Origin: Podarcis liolepis
Lineage: Eukaryota
DNA: 64,000 nucleotides
Assembly: GCA_965112155.1 (NCBI GenBank)
Contig: OZ218099.1
Direction: 5' to 3' (one strand)
The notes beneath the pieces were generated by a model. The model did no database searches and was not told the DNA's origin. It saw only the letters and a program-made list of their open reading frames with translations. Each line of letters opens with the position of its first letter. The stretch's first letter is position 1. Below are positions 1-11,863 of the stretch, one piece after another. The position numbers and the translations under genes are program-made.

Positions 1-399
1 TCCTGGTTCATTTTGAAGCTGTATTTTGGTCTTACTTCCTTTGTCTTTGGCTTCTACCTCTCAAATATTGGCACGGCAGTCTGTTGGGAAGGATAGCACT
101 TCACTACTTATTTCAACTCTCAACAGGAAGGCTGGTGTAGGGAGCTTGGGAGTGTTCCTCAGTCCTCAATCCCTTCCAACTCGTCTAAGTTCTGTTATTT
201 GATCCAGCTGCTCACAGGGGTTCCTAGCACCAAACGACCAAAGTGGAGAGAGGAGCGGGGAGGTAGAATGCAGCCATCCCTCTCTTACTTGCTCAGTTAT
301 CTCAGAATCTTGACGCACCAAACGTTATCACAATCCCAACTCCCATCAGCCCCCAGCCAACATGGCCAGCGGTCAGAGTTGAAGTTGAACCATATCTCG

Positions 400-637
400 A
401 GGCCTTTAAAGGTCAGCACCAACACTTTGAAATGTGCTTGGAAACGTACGGGGAACCAGTGGAGATCCTTTAGGACTGGTGTTATATGGTCTTGGAGGCC
501 ACTCCCAGTCACCAGTCTAGCTGCCGCATTCTGGATTAGTTGTCGTTTCTGAGTCACCTTCAAAGATAGGCCCAAGTATAGCGCATTGCAGTAATCCAAG
601 CGGGAGATAACTAGAACATGCGCCACTCTGGCGAGAC
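400..637 (-). mobile_element. L2 LINE RT fragment (approx.)
   Basis: LVISRLDYCNALYLGL...LIQNAAARLVTG...HITPVLKDLHWFPV...FKVLVLTFK. Confidence 0.85.
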
Positions 638-972
638 CAAAAGTGCATTGTTTGCCGCTGAAATGTCCCCAAAGAGGAACTGGAACAGCAGTTGAATTCT
701 CCCAGTTCTATATCTCCCTTTTGTAGATACGAATCCTAAAATTGCCACCTTATCTCCATATATATTTATCTGTGCACAGATAGGTACCTGCTGTTGTTCT
801 TCTAATGGAAGCTGAGTTTCTTAGGTCTCTTGTTTTAAAACAGATCCGACCAGAATCCAAGGAGAATCATGCAGAGCTTCACTCTGGGAGACACGTCCTC
901 CTTGAAATACTCTGTACAAACCAGATTTCTCCCTTGGCTTTTAAATGAAAAGCAAAATGAGAGTATACTTAC

Positions 973-1155
973 CCCGTTGCCAGTGTTGCAGAAACCGCTG
1001 TCCTCAGGGCTGGAGGACCAGCTAAATGCCTCTACAGAGACAATGACAGTGGATGGCTCTTCGGCTCCACAGTTTCAAGGAGGGTGATGAGGGGAGAACA
1101 AGGAAGATGCCTCTATACCCAACTCTTTTTAAGCAAATAAGCTTGGATATTTATA
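973..1155 (-). promoter_or_regulatory. Candidate TATA promoter plus non-coding first exon of an antisense gene (possibly SLC16A6)
   Basis: Minus strand: GGGGGAGGAG box, TATAAATA (1155-1148), about 150 nt of unique sequence, then a perfect donor GG|GTAAGT at 973/972. Gene identity is inferred only from human synteny. Confidence 0.4.
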
Positions 1156-3406
1156 AGGGCTTAAACTCCTCCCCCAGAGGAATAACTTTGGAGAAGTTGC
1201 TCATCCCCCCTGCTAAGGTGCTGTCTTATATTTTTCCAGCATAAGCTAATAACTAACTTTACCAAGCTGCAGTATATAACCTTAGATTTCACCGGCCATT
1301 GAGGCTAAGTAGGGAAACGCTCTGGTTTCCAAAAAGATCCGGGCTGCTTCCTTCAAGCTATGTAAAAATGTCTTGGTGAAACAGCTGCTGCCCAAATTCT
1401 TCGAGGGGAAGCCCAGAAGCAGCTTGGCGGTTCATTGGGTGATATCCCTTGCATTCCTGGGGATAGAATGTGGGGCCCTTGGTCTCCCATTGGCTGCCCA
1501 CCCAGGGCATAGGCACAGTTGCAAAGTGCAGGATGAAAATAATATCAGAACCAACAGGCGGAAGGAAGTATTCCAGGCAATTGTGAAGGTTTAATGTGCA
1601 TTTGTTGTATAGTTCAGGGCAGGGTGAGAAACTGGGGGTGGAGTGCAGCAGAAAATTTCGGTTTTCCTTGGGCGGCAAATCTTTCTCAACCTTGATCCCA
1701 TGGAATAAAAATGTAGTGTAAAATACAATAATTGTACAGGATGAAAAGTAGTGCTTAAGCATAGCATGCCTTCTTTCTGATGATACACAGGGGGCAAATA
1801 ATTAGGAAGTAATTGTAAAACAAAGAGAAGCTGTTAGGATTTTAGAAACAGGCACATTTCTTTTGCTGTTCTTGTAATCAGGCCTTTAACTATTTATTTT
1901 AACTATTTAACTAGCCCTGGTGATCATCTAATGTTTATTGGATGGATTTTCCTCCTAAATTGATTTTTGAATTCTGAATTTATTGTTATTCACGTTTTAT
2001 ACTGTATTTTATGCTGTTTTTGTTGCATCAGTTAAGTGTTTTAAATTTGTTGTTAGCCACCCTGAGCGCGGTTTTCTGAACCGGGAAGGGCAGGGTGTAA
2101 ATAAAATTTTATTATTATTATTATTTTTACATTTGAAAGTTGTTGTTTTTTTTAAATTAGTCTTAGCAGGGCATCCATATAATGATAAATTTTCTCTTGG
2201 CTTTTATCTTTATATCCACTTCCAGAAAAGGAGGATCCAGACATAGACCTGCCTTATAGCCCAGGCAGAGGGTTTTTTGGGGGGGGTTGGGTTTGGGGGC
2301 TCTTGGGCAAAAGAGTCACTTGGGGCCCCTTAAATGTATGGAAGCACATACAATTTCACTTTTTCACTTAATTCTGTACATAAAGCTGCAATGAATGTGT
2401 GAATAAATGCATCATTGCGGTCAATGTTTGTTACAACTGGAGCGAAGAATATTACTTAATACACGTTATCAACACCACACCGTAAATACATGAATACAGA
2501 TCATAGCAGAAGGGAAAAAAAGGCATTGTCTTCATATGTGATGCTCTTATGTAAACAGAAGCAGAAAAGAAGAAACCCTCCTTAAAAAGCTAATTGTATG
2601 ACATATGGTAAATTGGTGACAGTTTACTGATAAATAACAGTATAGGCAAGAGTCCATCCTATTCAATGAAATGAACTTCCTTCTTGGAAGTCAAGTCCTC
2701 AACCAAATCACTGTAATCCAGACTTCTCCCAATTTTATGTTCAATTGAAGTCTGTGCTAGTGCTGTCTTGGATATTTACAAGAGCGTCAAAGATTTTAAA
2801 TACCGTATTCTTTCCGTGTACAAGACAATGAATTCCTCCCAATTTTTTAGTCAAAGATTGGAGGTCGTCTTATACACAGATTTATATGGTAAGTATTGGG
2901 TGAGTTGGCAAGGCACACAGGTCCAGGAGATGGCTGGTGAGGCAAGGCTGTGCTGAGACATGAGGGATTGAGCAGGGGATCGCTCCCAAAAAGCTCAACA
3001 ACAATAACAATTTCTAAATTTGGGGCTCCCAAAAGTAGGGGTCGTGTTATACATGGGGTCGTGTTATACACAGAGAAATATGGTATCTCTGCAGCTGGCT
3101 TTCAAGGCTGTTCTCCTCCCCTATAAATAATAATGTTAAAAAAAGCACAGATCTATAAAAAGCCATTTTATTACCCTTTGTGTCTGTTTTCTAGTGTTCA
3201 GTTTGCCCTTGTAATGGATTAAAGGTTAGGAAATTGAATTTTATTGTTTTGTTTTGTTTAACTAAAGCTGTTCCCTGCTGGTTAATGTTCAGCAAGTCCA
3301 TATATCGCCACTTTCTTCCAGACAACAGGGCAGTTCCAACTTTATCTCCTTACAGTTCAGTTCTGCAGAAAGCGACAGTGTGAGTGATGTTGCAACATTT
3401 CCAATA

Positions 3407-3864
3407 CAGTGGTACCTCGGGTTACAGACGCTTCAGATTACAGACTCTGCTAACCCAGAAATAGTACCTCAGATTAAGAACTCTACCTCATGATGAGAAC
3501 AGAAATAGCGCCCTGGCAGCAGCGGGAGGCCCCATTAGCTAAAGTGGTGTCTCAGGTTAAGAACAGTTTCAGGTTAAGAACAGACCTCTGGAACGAATTA
3601 AGTTCTTAACCCAAGGTACCACTGTACAGTGGATGCTCGGGTTGCGAATGTGATCCGTGCGGGATGCACGTTGGCAACCCGCAACGGTGCGTCTGCGCAT
3701 GCGCGGGTTGCAATTTGGTGCTTCTACGCATGCGCAATTTAGCACTTCTGCGCATGTGCGACCCCCGAAACCCAGAAGTAACCTGTTCCAGTACTTCTGG
3801 GTTTCGGCGGGTCCATAACCCGATAAAACACAACCTGAAGTGTCTGTAACCCGAGGTATGACTG
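3407..3864. mobile_element. Two abutting Tc1/pogo-type MITEs (3407-3624, 3627-3864)
   Basis: TIRs CAGTGGTACCTCGGGTTA-like; shared TA between them. Confidence 0.85.
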
Positions 3865-4789
3865 TATGTAGTTGATTTACAGTAGACATTTCCAGTCTGC
3901 TGTGGTAGAATTTCCTAAGAAGTGGTACCGTGTACCATTGATACAATTGGCTAGGAGTTAAAGTTTATGTGCAAGTCCTCGTGAGTTCTCCGTGAATTGC
4001 AGAGAACAAGTCTGGCAGTTGGCAGGTCTGTCTCTAGACCCTCCTCCAAAGATGACCTGAGGCACATAGTTCCTAAGCCCTTCAGAGGGAGGGTGTGTGT
4101 TTCTGTAAGAGGCACAAATCAAGTGTATCAGAAGGTAACGTAGCAGTGTTACATGTTTGTTTTAGTGTTGCGATTCCAAGAAATCCCAGTTTTGGCTGGT
4201 CGGTGACTCATACACGTAGCTATACCAAGCAAATTGGATTACATGATGACTCAGCACTTACTCGGCAAGTTAAGGTTTGCATCCATGCCTGGGAACTAGT
4301 TTGAAAAAGAGAGTATCTGCCCCCTTCATGAGTCATGAAAGTAGCTTTCACCCACGGAAGCTCATGGAAGAGAAGATGATAAACTTATCACCACCTTATT
4401 TCTACAGTGCTGAGCTAATTCCCATTCTTTACTTTTAAAATATTTCTTTTCCTGGGGAAACTGATTCACAACTTCCTAATGAATCAACCCATCCATTCAT
4501 ACAGTCTTAAGAGAGACACTTGCCAGTGCTGTGGACAGGACCATACTGTATATACTGCGTCAAGGCTGGAAAGCAAACTCCTACACAAAAGAAACACAAA
4601 TTGCCCTGAATAGTGGAATTCTGTGATCTGTAAACACTCTGCTACTGTTCTCTTGCTTCCGCTGAAGCCCTTTCCCTGATTACAGGAAACTGCTCATGCT
4701 CCTTATTTTCCCCCAACTACTGAGCATTTGATATTTTACCAAGCATTTCCCACATACTCTTTAAGTCTTCGCTGCCTTTCTTTCCCTTT

Positions 4790-5150
4790 TATTACTTTAT
4801 TTTATTTCAATATTCAAAGTTATACCATGCCACTCAACGGTTATAATCCTATTCTACAATATTAATGACTCACTCACACCCAGTGTTTATAATCGCAGTT
4901 ATATTTTAAGAATTCCATCCTATCCGGTTTCATTCTTTTTAACAGATTTCTTACTATGTTCTGCTATTTTTCTTCTTAGACTTCAAGCCCTGCTGTGAAC
5001 TTAGCCTATGGAAAGTTACCAGAAGAGTTTCCCAGTCCTCCTTGAAAGATTCTAAACTTGTGTCTCTTATCAGTGCCGCCAGTTTTGCCATCTCTGCGTC
5101 TTCCATGATTTCCATCAACCAGTCTTCCTTTGAAGGTAATGCCGTAAGCA
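4790..5150 (-). mobile_element. L1-type LINE 3' fragment (approx.)
   Basis: LPSKEDWLMEIMEDAEMAKL...FKEDW motif, similar to the 27.5 kb fragment. Confidence 0.65.
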
Positions 5151-5320
5151 TACTTCTCTTAACACAGCAGTATTCTAATCCTGGTTATTTTTTATTTTTT
5201 TATTGGGTTTTATAAACAAGAGTAATGTTGTACAAATAAGTATACCAAGTCTAATCCTGGTTATAACCAGGTATTGCTGTCAGTATTGAAGAGGTTGATT
5301 TAGGATGCCGTATGCGCTAG

Positions 5321-5680
5321 GGGACGTGGGTGGCACTGTGGGTAAAAGCCTCAGCGCCTAGGGCTTGCCATTCGAAAGGTCGGCGGTTCGAATACCCGCG
5401 GCGGGGTGCGCTCCCGTTGCTCGGTCCCAGCGCCTGCCAACCTAGCAGTTCGAAAGCACCCCCGGGTGCAAGTAGATAAATAGGGACCGCTTACTGGCGG
5501 GAAGGTAAACGGCGTTTCCGTGTGCTGCGCTGGCTCTCCAGATGCAGCTTTGTCAACACTGGCCACGTGACCCGGAAATGTCTGCGGGCAGCGCTGGCCC
5601 CTGGCCTCTTAAGTGAGATGGGCGCACAACCCTAGAGTCTGTCAAGACTGGCCCGTACGGGCAGGGGTACCTTTACCTTA
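5321..5680 (+). mobile_element. Sauria SINE
   Basis: tRNA-like head GGGACGTGGGTGGC..GGTTCGAAT and (ACCTTT)n tail. Confidence 0.85.
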
Positions 5681-5702
5681 TAGCCCACTAGGGGCAGCAA
5701 TG

Positions 5703-6195
5703 TTGTTTAGTCGTGTCTGACTCTTCGTGACCCCATGGACCAGAGCACGCCAGGCACTCCTGTCTTCCACTGCCTCCTGCAGTTTAGTCAAACTCATGCT
5801 GGTAGCTTCGAGAACACTGTCCAACCATCTCGTTCTCTGTCATCCCCTTCTCCTTGTGCCCTCCATCTTTCCCAACATCAGGGTCTTTTCCAGGGAGTCT
5901 TCTCTTCTCATGAGGTGGCCAAAGTATTGGAGCCTCAGCTTCAGGATCTGTCCTTCCAGTGAGCACTCAGGGCTGATTTCCTTCAGAATGGATAGGTTTG
6001 ATCTTCTTGCAGTCCATGGGACTCTCAAGAGTCTCCTCCAGCACCATAATTCAAAAACATCAATTTTTCGGTGATCAGCCTTCTTGATGGTCCCGCTCTC
6101 ACTTCCGTACATCACTACTGGGAACACCATAGCTTTAACTATACAGACTTTTGTTGGCAAGGTGATGTCTCTGCTTCTTTTTAAGATCCTGTCTA
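5703..6195 (-). mobile_element. Bov-B (RTE) LINE, 5'-truncated
   Basis: RT C-terminus VKAMVFPVVMYGSE...FELWCWRRLLRVPWTARRSNLSILKEI...LQYFGHLMRR; TSD GGGCAGCAATG. Confidence 0.92.
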
Positions 6196-6344
6196 GGGCA
6201 GCAATGATTGGGATACAATTGTAGACTGGACACTGGAATTTTTTCCAACTAGAATTTGTAAATTGGTAAGACACAGCGTGGTTTTGTTTTGTTTTTTAAG
6301 CCAAAGACATGAAGGAAAATAGAAGAAGAGAAAGGATTGGTGAA

Positions 6345-6528
6345 AAGGGGGTCAAGCTGTTCATTTGACAGCAGAATGTACTCCCTTGGAACGTCGTGGT
6401 CTCTCCTTCACTGGAAGTTTTTAAGCAAAGGTTGGGTGGCCATCTGTCATGGATGCTTTAGCTGAGATTCCTACATTGCAGGGAGTTGGACTAGATTGGT
6501 CCCTTCCAACTCTACAATTCAATGATTC
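6345..6528 (+). mobile_element. CR1 LINE 3' end (approx.)
   Basis: TCTCCTTCACTGGAAGTTTTTAAG...GGTCCCTTCCAACTCTACAATTCAATGATTC. Confidence 0.75.
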
Positions 6529-6563
6529 CTGGACAGGATGGGAGGAGAGGAAGACTTTTAAAG

Positions 6564-6872
6564 CATAGGTAGGCAAACTAAGGCCCGGGGGCCGGATCCG
6601 GCCCAATCACCTTCTAAATCTGGTCTGGGAATCAGCGTGTTTTTACATGTGTAGAATGTGTCCTTTTATTTAAAATGCATCTCTGGGTTATTTGTGGGAC
6701 CTGCCTGGTGCTTTTACATGAGTAGAATGTATCCTTTTATTTAAAATGCATCTCTGGGTTATTTGTGGGGCCTAGGAATTCATTCTTCTTTTTTTCAAAA
6801 TATAGTCCAGCCCCCCACAAGGTCTGAGGGACAGTGGTCCGGCCCCCTGCTGAAAAAGTTTGCCGATCCCTG
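6564..6872. mobile_element. hAT MITE with internal tandem duplication
   Basis: CATAGGTAGGCAAAC...GTTTGCCGATCCCTG; 8-bp TSD CTTTAAAG/CTTTACAG. Confidence 0.8.
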
Positions 6873-7240
6873 CTTTACAGTAATCATTTCTGATGCAGAT
6901 AGGGCTCTCAGGCTACCTGTTCCAAGGTACTTCCAAAGACGTCACAACCTTTGTTTTAGCTTTCTCAAACATTAAACCAGAAGTTCAGGCCATGCGTCTC
7001 TCTTGCCCTTTAAAATAGGTAGAGCACAGTGTCCCCTTCAAAAAGAGAGAGAAGTGTTTGCTGTTTTGCAAGCCACATGAGAAATGCTTGCTTTCTAAGA
7101 GTAAACAGAGCCCTTTGCCAGAAGTTCAGACTGACTTAGGCTCATCAGTCAAAGAGAGGAGAGCCTGCCAAGCAATCTTTTTTGGGGGCCTTTTGATAAT
7201 GCTGAGGATGTGTCAGAAGGAAAATGAACTGATATTACTT

Positions 7241-7272
<32 letters not shown>

Positions 7273-8369
7273 AGCACACGCACGCGTGTAACTTGGTATT
7301 AATGTAACGTTTTTATATGCAACCTGTGTATTTTTGTAATATTTTGTTTGTCTGTTGTTGCTTCAGTTTTCCGGACACTGCTTGGAGATATGTTTAATAT
7401 ATTAACCATTATCAAATTGAATAACCAGTTATTGCGTTTTACTAAAATATTGAATGACAGGGGGAATCTCATGTACAGATGCCCTTTCTGTCTTTTATTT
7501 AACCACAGTTGTTATCTCCAATCGTTACACACACACATTCATTCATTAAGTTTGGCCTTTGACAGTGAACTTGAGTCTGGGAGGTTTGAGAACAGTCCGC
7601 CTCTGAATTCTTGGCTTGCAGCGGGTGCTTCTTGGCTTTTCTTCCTTTCCCCCTCTTGCTATCACAGGGCTTTGTTTTGTTTTGTTTATTCAAGTATTTA
7701 CTCATGCCCCTCATTTAACTAGGTCACTCTTTTTCTGCCCCCCCACCCCTTGGTCGCATGGAATGACCTACCAATTTTGTATCTTCAGCTGCACATTCTT
7801 TCCCCAAGGTCATTGATACACAACTGGAAACATCTGTCATAATACTGGTCTTAGCAGGACTCAACCAGCCCATTCCACCCACCTCTAGTGACTGCTTATA
7901 CTGACAATGTCTCGTACTCCTTGCTATTCAAGCTGGTTCTTTCTACTTTTCAAGTGCCCTCCCCTGATAACATTCATTCTGCCATTTCAGATTAGGCTGG
8001 TGCTGATGACTGCGAACAACTAGCTTTCAGACCTGGAAACTGAGTCAGTTTTGTCCAGTTTCTCAGAAGATCAGAAGGTTGGCATCTTGTAAAATTTCAG
8101 CTCTGACTTTGTAGTCGTCAGCTTTTTCATGCCCTGTGTATGCTCATTTAGTTATAACACTGGCTGATCTGCTGGTCCCAATATAATTTCCCACAGTGCA
8201 GGGGCTTGGGCTGGATGACCTTTGGGGGACCCCTCCAGCTCTACAATTCTTTGATTCTATGATTGCATCCCGGGGATACAATTTACTGTTCCATGGTTTT
8301 GATAGGATGGCAGAGCCCTTTGTGACAAAAGCCAAAATGGCCAGGGGTACAAGTAGCATGCTTCTTGGC

Positions 8370-8582
8370 GCAGGTAGGTAGCTGTGTTGGTCTGCCATAG
8401 TTGAAACAAACAAACAAAAAAATTCCTTCCAGTAGCACCTTTAGAGACCAACTAAGTTTGTTATTGGTATGAGCTTTTGTTTTGTGTGCATGCACACTTC
8501 ATGTACACGAAAGCTCATACCAATAACAAACTTAGTTGGTCTCTAAGGTGCTACTGGAATGAATTTTTATTTTGTTTTGTTT
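8370..8582. mobile_element. Penelope-like element, family A, short inverted pLTR pair (hammerheads disrupted)
   Basis: Same sequence family as the 16.6 and 27.2 kb copies. About 50-bp inverted arms. TSD ATRCTTCTTGGC at 8358-8369 and 8583-8594. Confidence 0.8.
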
Positions 8583-8722
8583 ATACTTCTTGGCAGTTCT
8601 AACTGTGGGTACTGTTTTTGATCTGTGTTATAAGAGAAACTGCTCCCTTTCCCTTATGGGGTATTCCAGAGCCCGTATAGAGTCCTAGCAATAGGAGAAA
8701 ATAACAGAGGCCAACCAGAGTA

Positions 8723-8962
8723 CAGTGGTACCTCTGGATGCGAACGGGATCCGTTCCGGAGCCCTGTTCGCATCCTGAAGCAAACACAACCCGCGTCTGC
8801 GTGGCTCGCAATTTGCCGCTTCCACGCATGTGTATGACGTCATTTTGAGCATCTGTGCGAGTGGCGAAACCCGGAAGTAACGCACTTCATTACTTCCAGG
8901 TCACCACAGAGTGTAATCTGAAAACACTCAACCTGAAGCACGTTTAACCCGAGGTATGACTG
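8723..8962. mobile_element. Tc1/pogo-type MITE
   Basis: CAGTGGTACCTC...GAGGTATGACTG TIRs; related to 3627-3864. Confidence 0.8.
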
Positions 8963-8964
8963 AA

Positions 8965-9497
8965 TATTGAGAAGCAAAACGGCTAGTAAGCCTGATCTTT
9001 ATTAAAGGAACTGTTGCAACATGGTCCCCACTCACCACACTCAGGAGGGAGAACCCTAAACGATGGTGTACAAGCCCTTTTATAGACTTTTGAAATTGCC
9101 CACCCTGTAGCCCAAGACCACCATCTCAAAACATACATACATACATACATCACAAAAGAAGGCAGTCTACAGCAGAAATCCTGCCTGCCCGGATACCTGG
9201 CAATGGTCACTGATTGCATTACCTGGGCAGTCTGGCCATTCTTTTGTGATGGTTAATACTTTAGTTCCTGAATCCAGGTCACTGGCTCACCCTATTCATA
9301 CACAAATATGCCCTTAAGACAGGATTTTCAAGCAAAAAGACAATGGGAAGGCTTTCCCTGTTTGCCTCCCTTACTGCAGAGGAATATTTGAGTTCATTGG
9401 GAGAGTCAAAATGGCTTCAGGATTGCTCTCACATACTATTTCAGACGCATGGTTCATATATTTAGATATTTGTGCATTTATGAATATTTATTCTACA
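8965..9497 (-). mobile_element. Possible ERV-like solo LTR (approx.)
   Basis: Minus strand starts TGTAGAA, has TATAAAA near 9080 and AATAAA near 9000. TSD not convincing. Confidence 0.4.
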
Positions 9498-11210
9498 CTT
9501 GAGACCTTAAAATTCTTAAAACAATCTGCAAGTTCTTTTTCAGCCCATACTGCACAGAAGCTGCATTCAGATGCTTGGTTTATTGAACGAGTTTTACAGG
9601 TTACAATCCAAGCGCTTCTGTCCCGATTTCTAACACTCTTTTTTTCACTGCAGTGCACACACACAAACACATATACATATACATATGAAACAGGCATTAC
9701 AACAAAAAAGGCACAGAGGAGAAAAAGAAAGACTGTCCATATCCAAACAATATTCCCCGAGTTTCACAATACATTTATGTGACAAACGAAAGCTGAACAT
9801 CATTTGCTGAGCTATGACAGGACAAGAGAAAAGATCATGACCAAAAAAAAATTCCTTTCAGGTCATTCATAATTTTTGTTCAAGTTAGCAAAATTAGAAG
9901 AAAGTAGCCCGAACAATGCACACCAGCATAGAATTATCATGAGTTACAAAGTCTTACATGGTGGGAAGGAGAGGATAGGTTAGGTTTTTGTTTATTAACA
10001 CATATAGTAAAATCATAATGCTCCCTGATAAAGTAATCTTTTTCGAATGCGCTTGTGTGCCTTTCATTTTGTAGTTGACCTCTGCAAAGGCCAGCTGCCA
10101 TACCTTATGGCACCAGTAATATATTGCAGCTCACTTCAGACCCTGCCTAAATCGAGCGATGGTTAAGTTGGGATCCCACAAGCAAGCAGGAGCAAGCTAC
10201 TATTTGCAGCGAAGACCCCTTAATATGTCCTTGTACATTTAATCCTCTTAAATCCTTGCGCTTGTCTGCCTTCTGCGTTTGTCTGCACAGAGAACCCTGA
10301 CTCCTTTATGACGTGTCCTTTGCATGTCCTATCTTGATCATATTGCAGATCTAGACAAAATTGCTACTCTGGTAACCTTCAAAACCTAGTAAGTATAATT
10401 GAGAGTTCAGGCATGAATGTGTTTTTACAGTAAGGATTTCTACGCGTGGGTGGCAAATTAGGATTTTGTTTTTGTATCTTTTTCTCTTCTACAGCATCAC
10501 CCACCCATATAGGTGGGGGTTACCTTCCGAGGCACTGTGCGCATAGGTGAAATTGTGTTTAATTGAAGCACCCGTTGAAAAACCCTGCAGACTAAAACCT
10601 CTGGGAACCCCAGAAAAAAAGACCCTTTTACAAACCAGCAGCCCTACCGGATGGGTAGGAATGGTGGCAATGGAGGCACTCAGCCTTCCTCATTGCTGAA
10701 GCACAATTTGCAAACAATGACAAGCAGGGCGGACCGGTACCCCCAAAGTGCTTGGCTGTGGGTGAGACTCACTTGGTGGAGCTGATGGTGTCTTGCGGAG
10801 GAACATGATGATGGGCAGCTGGCGCTTCTGCCTCTTCAGTTGGTCAAGGCATTTTTGGGCAGCCTCATGGTCCATAGATGCAGTTTCAACACAGGTGCCA
10901 ATGTTCTTCAAACCGAAGCATTGTTTGAAGTGGGTCAGCCAGCCAGAACTAGCTCAGAACTCCTTCTCAGGCTGCCTGAAGTGCACATACAGTCTGAGTG
11001 TCTTCTTGCGCAAGGTGCTGCCATCAGTGGGGATATGCTGGCGGTTCATGTCTTCTAGTCATTGGTTCAGTGCCTCACATGCCTTCAACAGGGCCTCATC
11101 CTGCACGTGCCTGGGGACCTTGGCAGTTGTGGGTATACAGGCACTCGCTGCCTCCGATGCCCGGATTTTCTTCTCTTGTACTTTAACGGCACATATGCTG
11201 GACTCATTCT

Positions 11211-11863
11211 TGTCAGGATACGCCGGGGGGGGGGTCTTGCAGCCCCCAAGATGAGACGAAACCTCTCTGGGAGTCTTCCTGGTGTTGCACAGCTCTGGGA
11301 CGTCCATAAATCAACAGTCCCGGGACGCTCCAGCTTCACATAGCAGATGCCTGTGCGCACACACACTCAGCAGAGATCAGCAGAAACGAATTGGAGAATT
11401 GTGTGCTCATTCTAAGCTTTTATTCAGCAATATTTACAGGACAAACGATCATGGCGTCCTCTCCCTTCAACTCCGAGAGAGAATAGAAAGTAAAAAGTAC
11501 AAAAACACAACAGAGCGGAAGAGATAAGGCTACCTTCCATTCTCAGGCTTTTCCAAACCTAGAAAGTAAATATGGACGTGTGATGTAACCATCACACACC
11601 CAGCAATGGAGGACTGATATACAGTGGTACCTCGGGTTACATACGCTTCAGGTTACATACGCTTCAGGTTACAGACTCCACTAATCCAGAAATAGTACCT
11701 CAGGTTAAGAACTTTGCTTCAGGATGAGAACAGAAATCACACGGCAGCGGCAGCAGGAGGGCCCATTAGCTAAAGTGGTGCTTCAGGTTAAGAACAGTTT
11801 CAAGTTAAGAACGGACCTCCGGAATGAATTAAGTAAATAACCCGAGATACCACTGTACTGACA
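11211..11863 (-). mobile_element. Solo LTR inserted in the Tigger transposase
   Basis: Ends TGTCAG...CTGACA. 5-bp TSD ATTCT/ATTCC (11206-11210, 11864-11868). AATAAA on the - strand near 11420. Interrupts the transposase frame. Confidence 0.7.
11622..11855 (+). mobile_element. Tc1/pogo-type MITE nested in the solo LTR
   Basis: TIRs and TA TSD; near-identical to 3407-3624. Confidence 0.9.

Noticed and set aside
1358-1797. Overlapping ORFs up to 134 aa near the putative antisense promoter
   Set aside because: No recognisable protein family and no transporter-like transmembrane pattern; not SLC16A6 coding sequence as far as I can tell.
10793-11366. Cluster of 80-150 aa ORFs suggesting a domesticated TIGD gene
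   Set aside because: The transposase frame has stops, an LTR insertion and no DDE domain.
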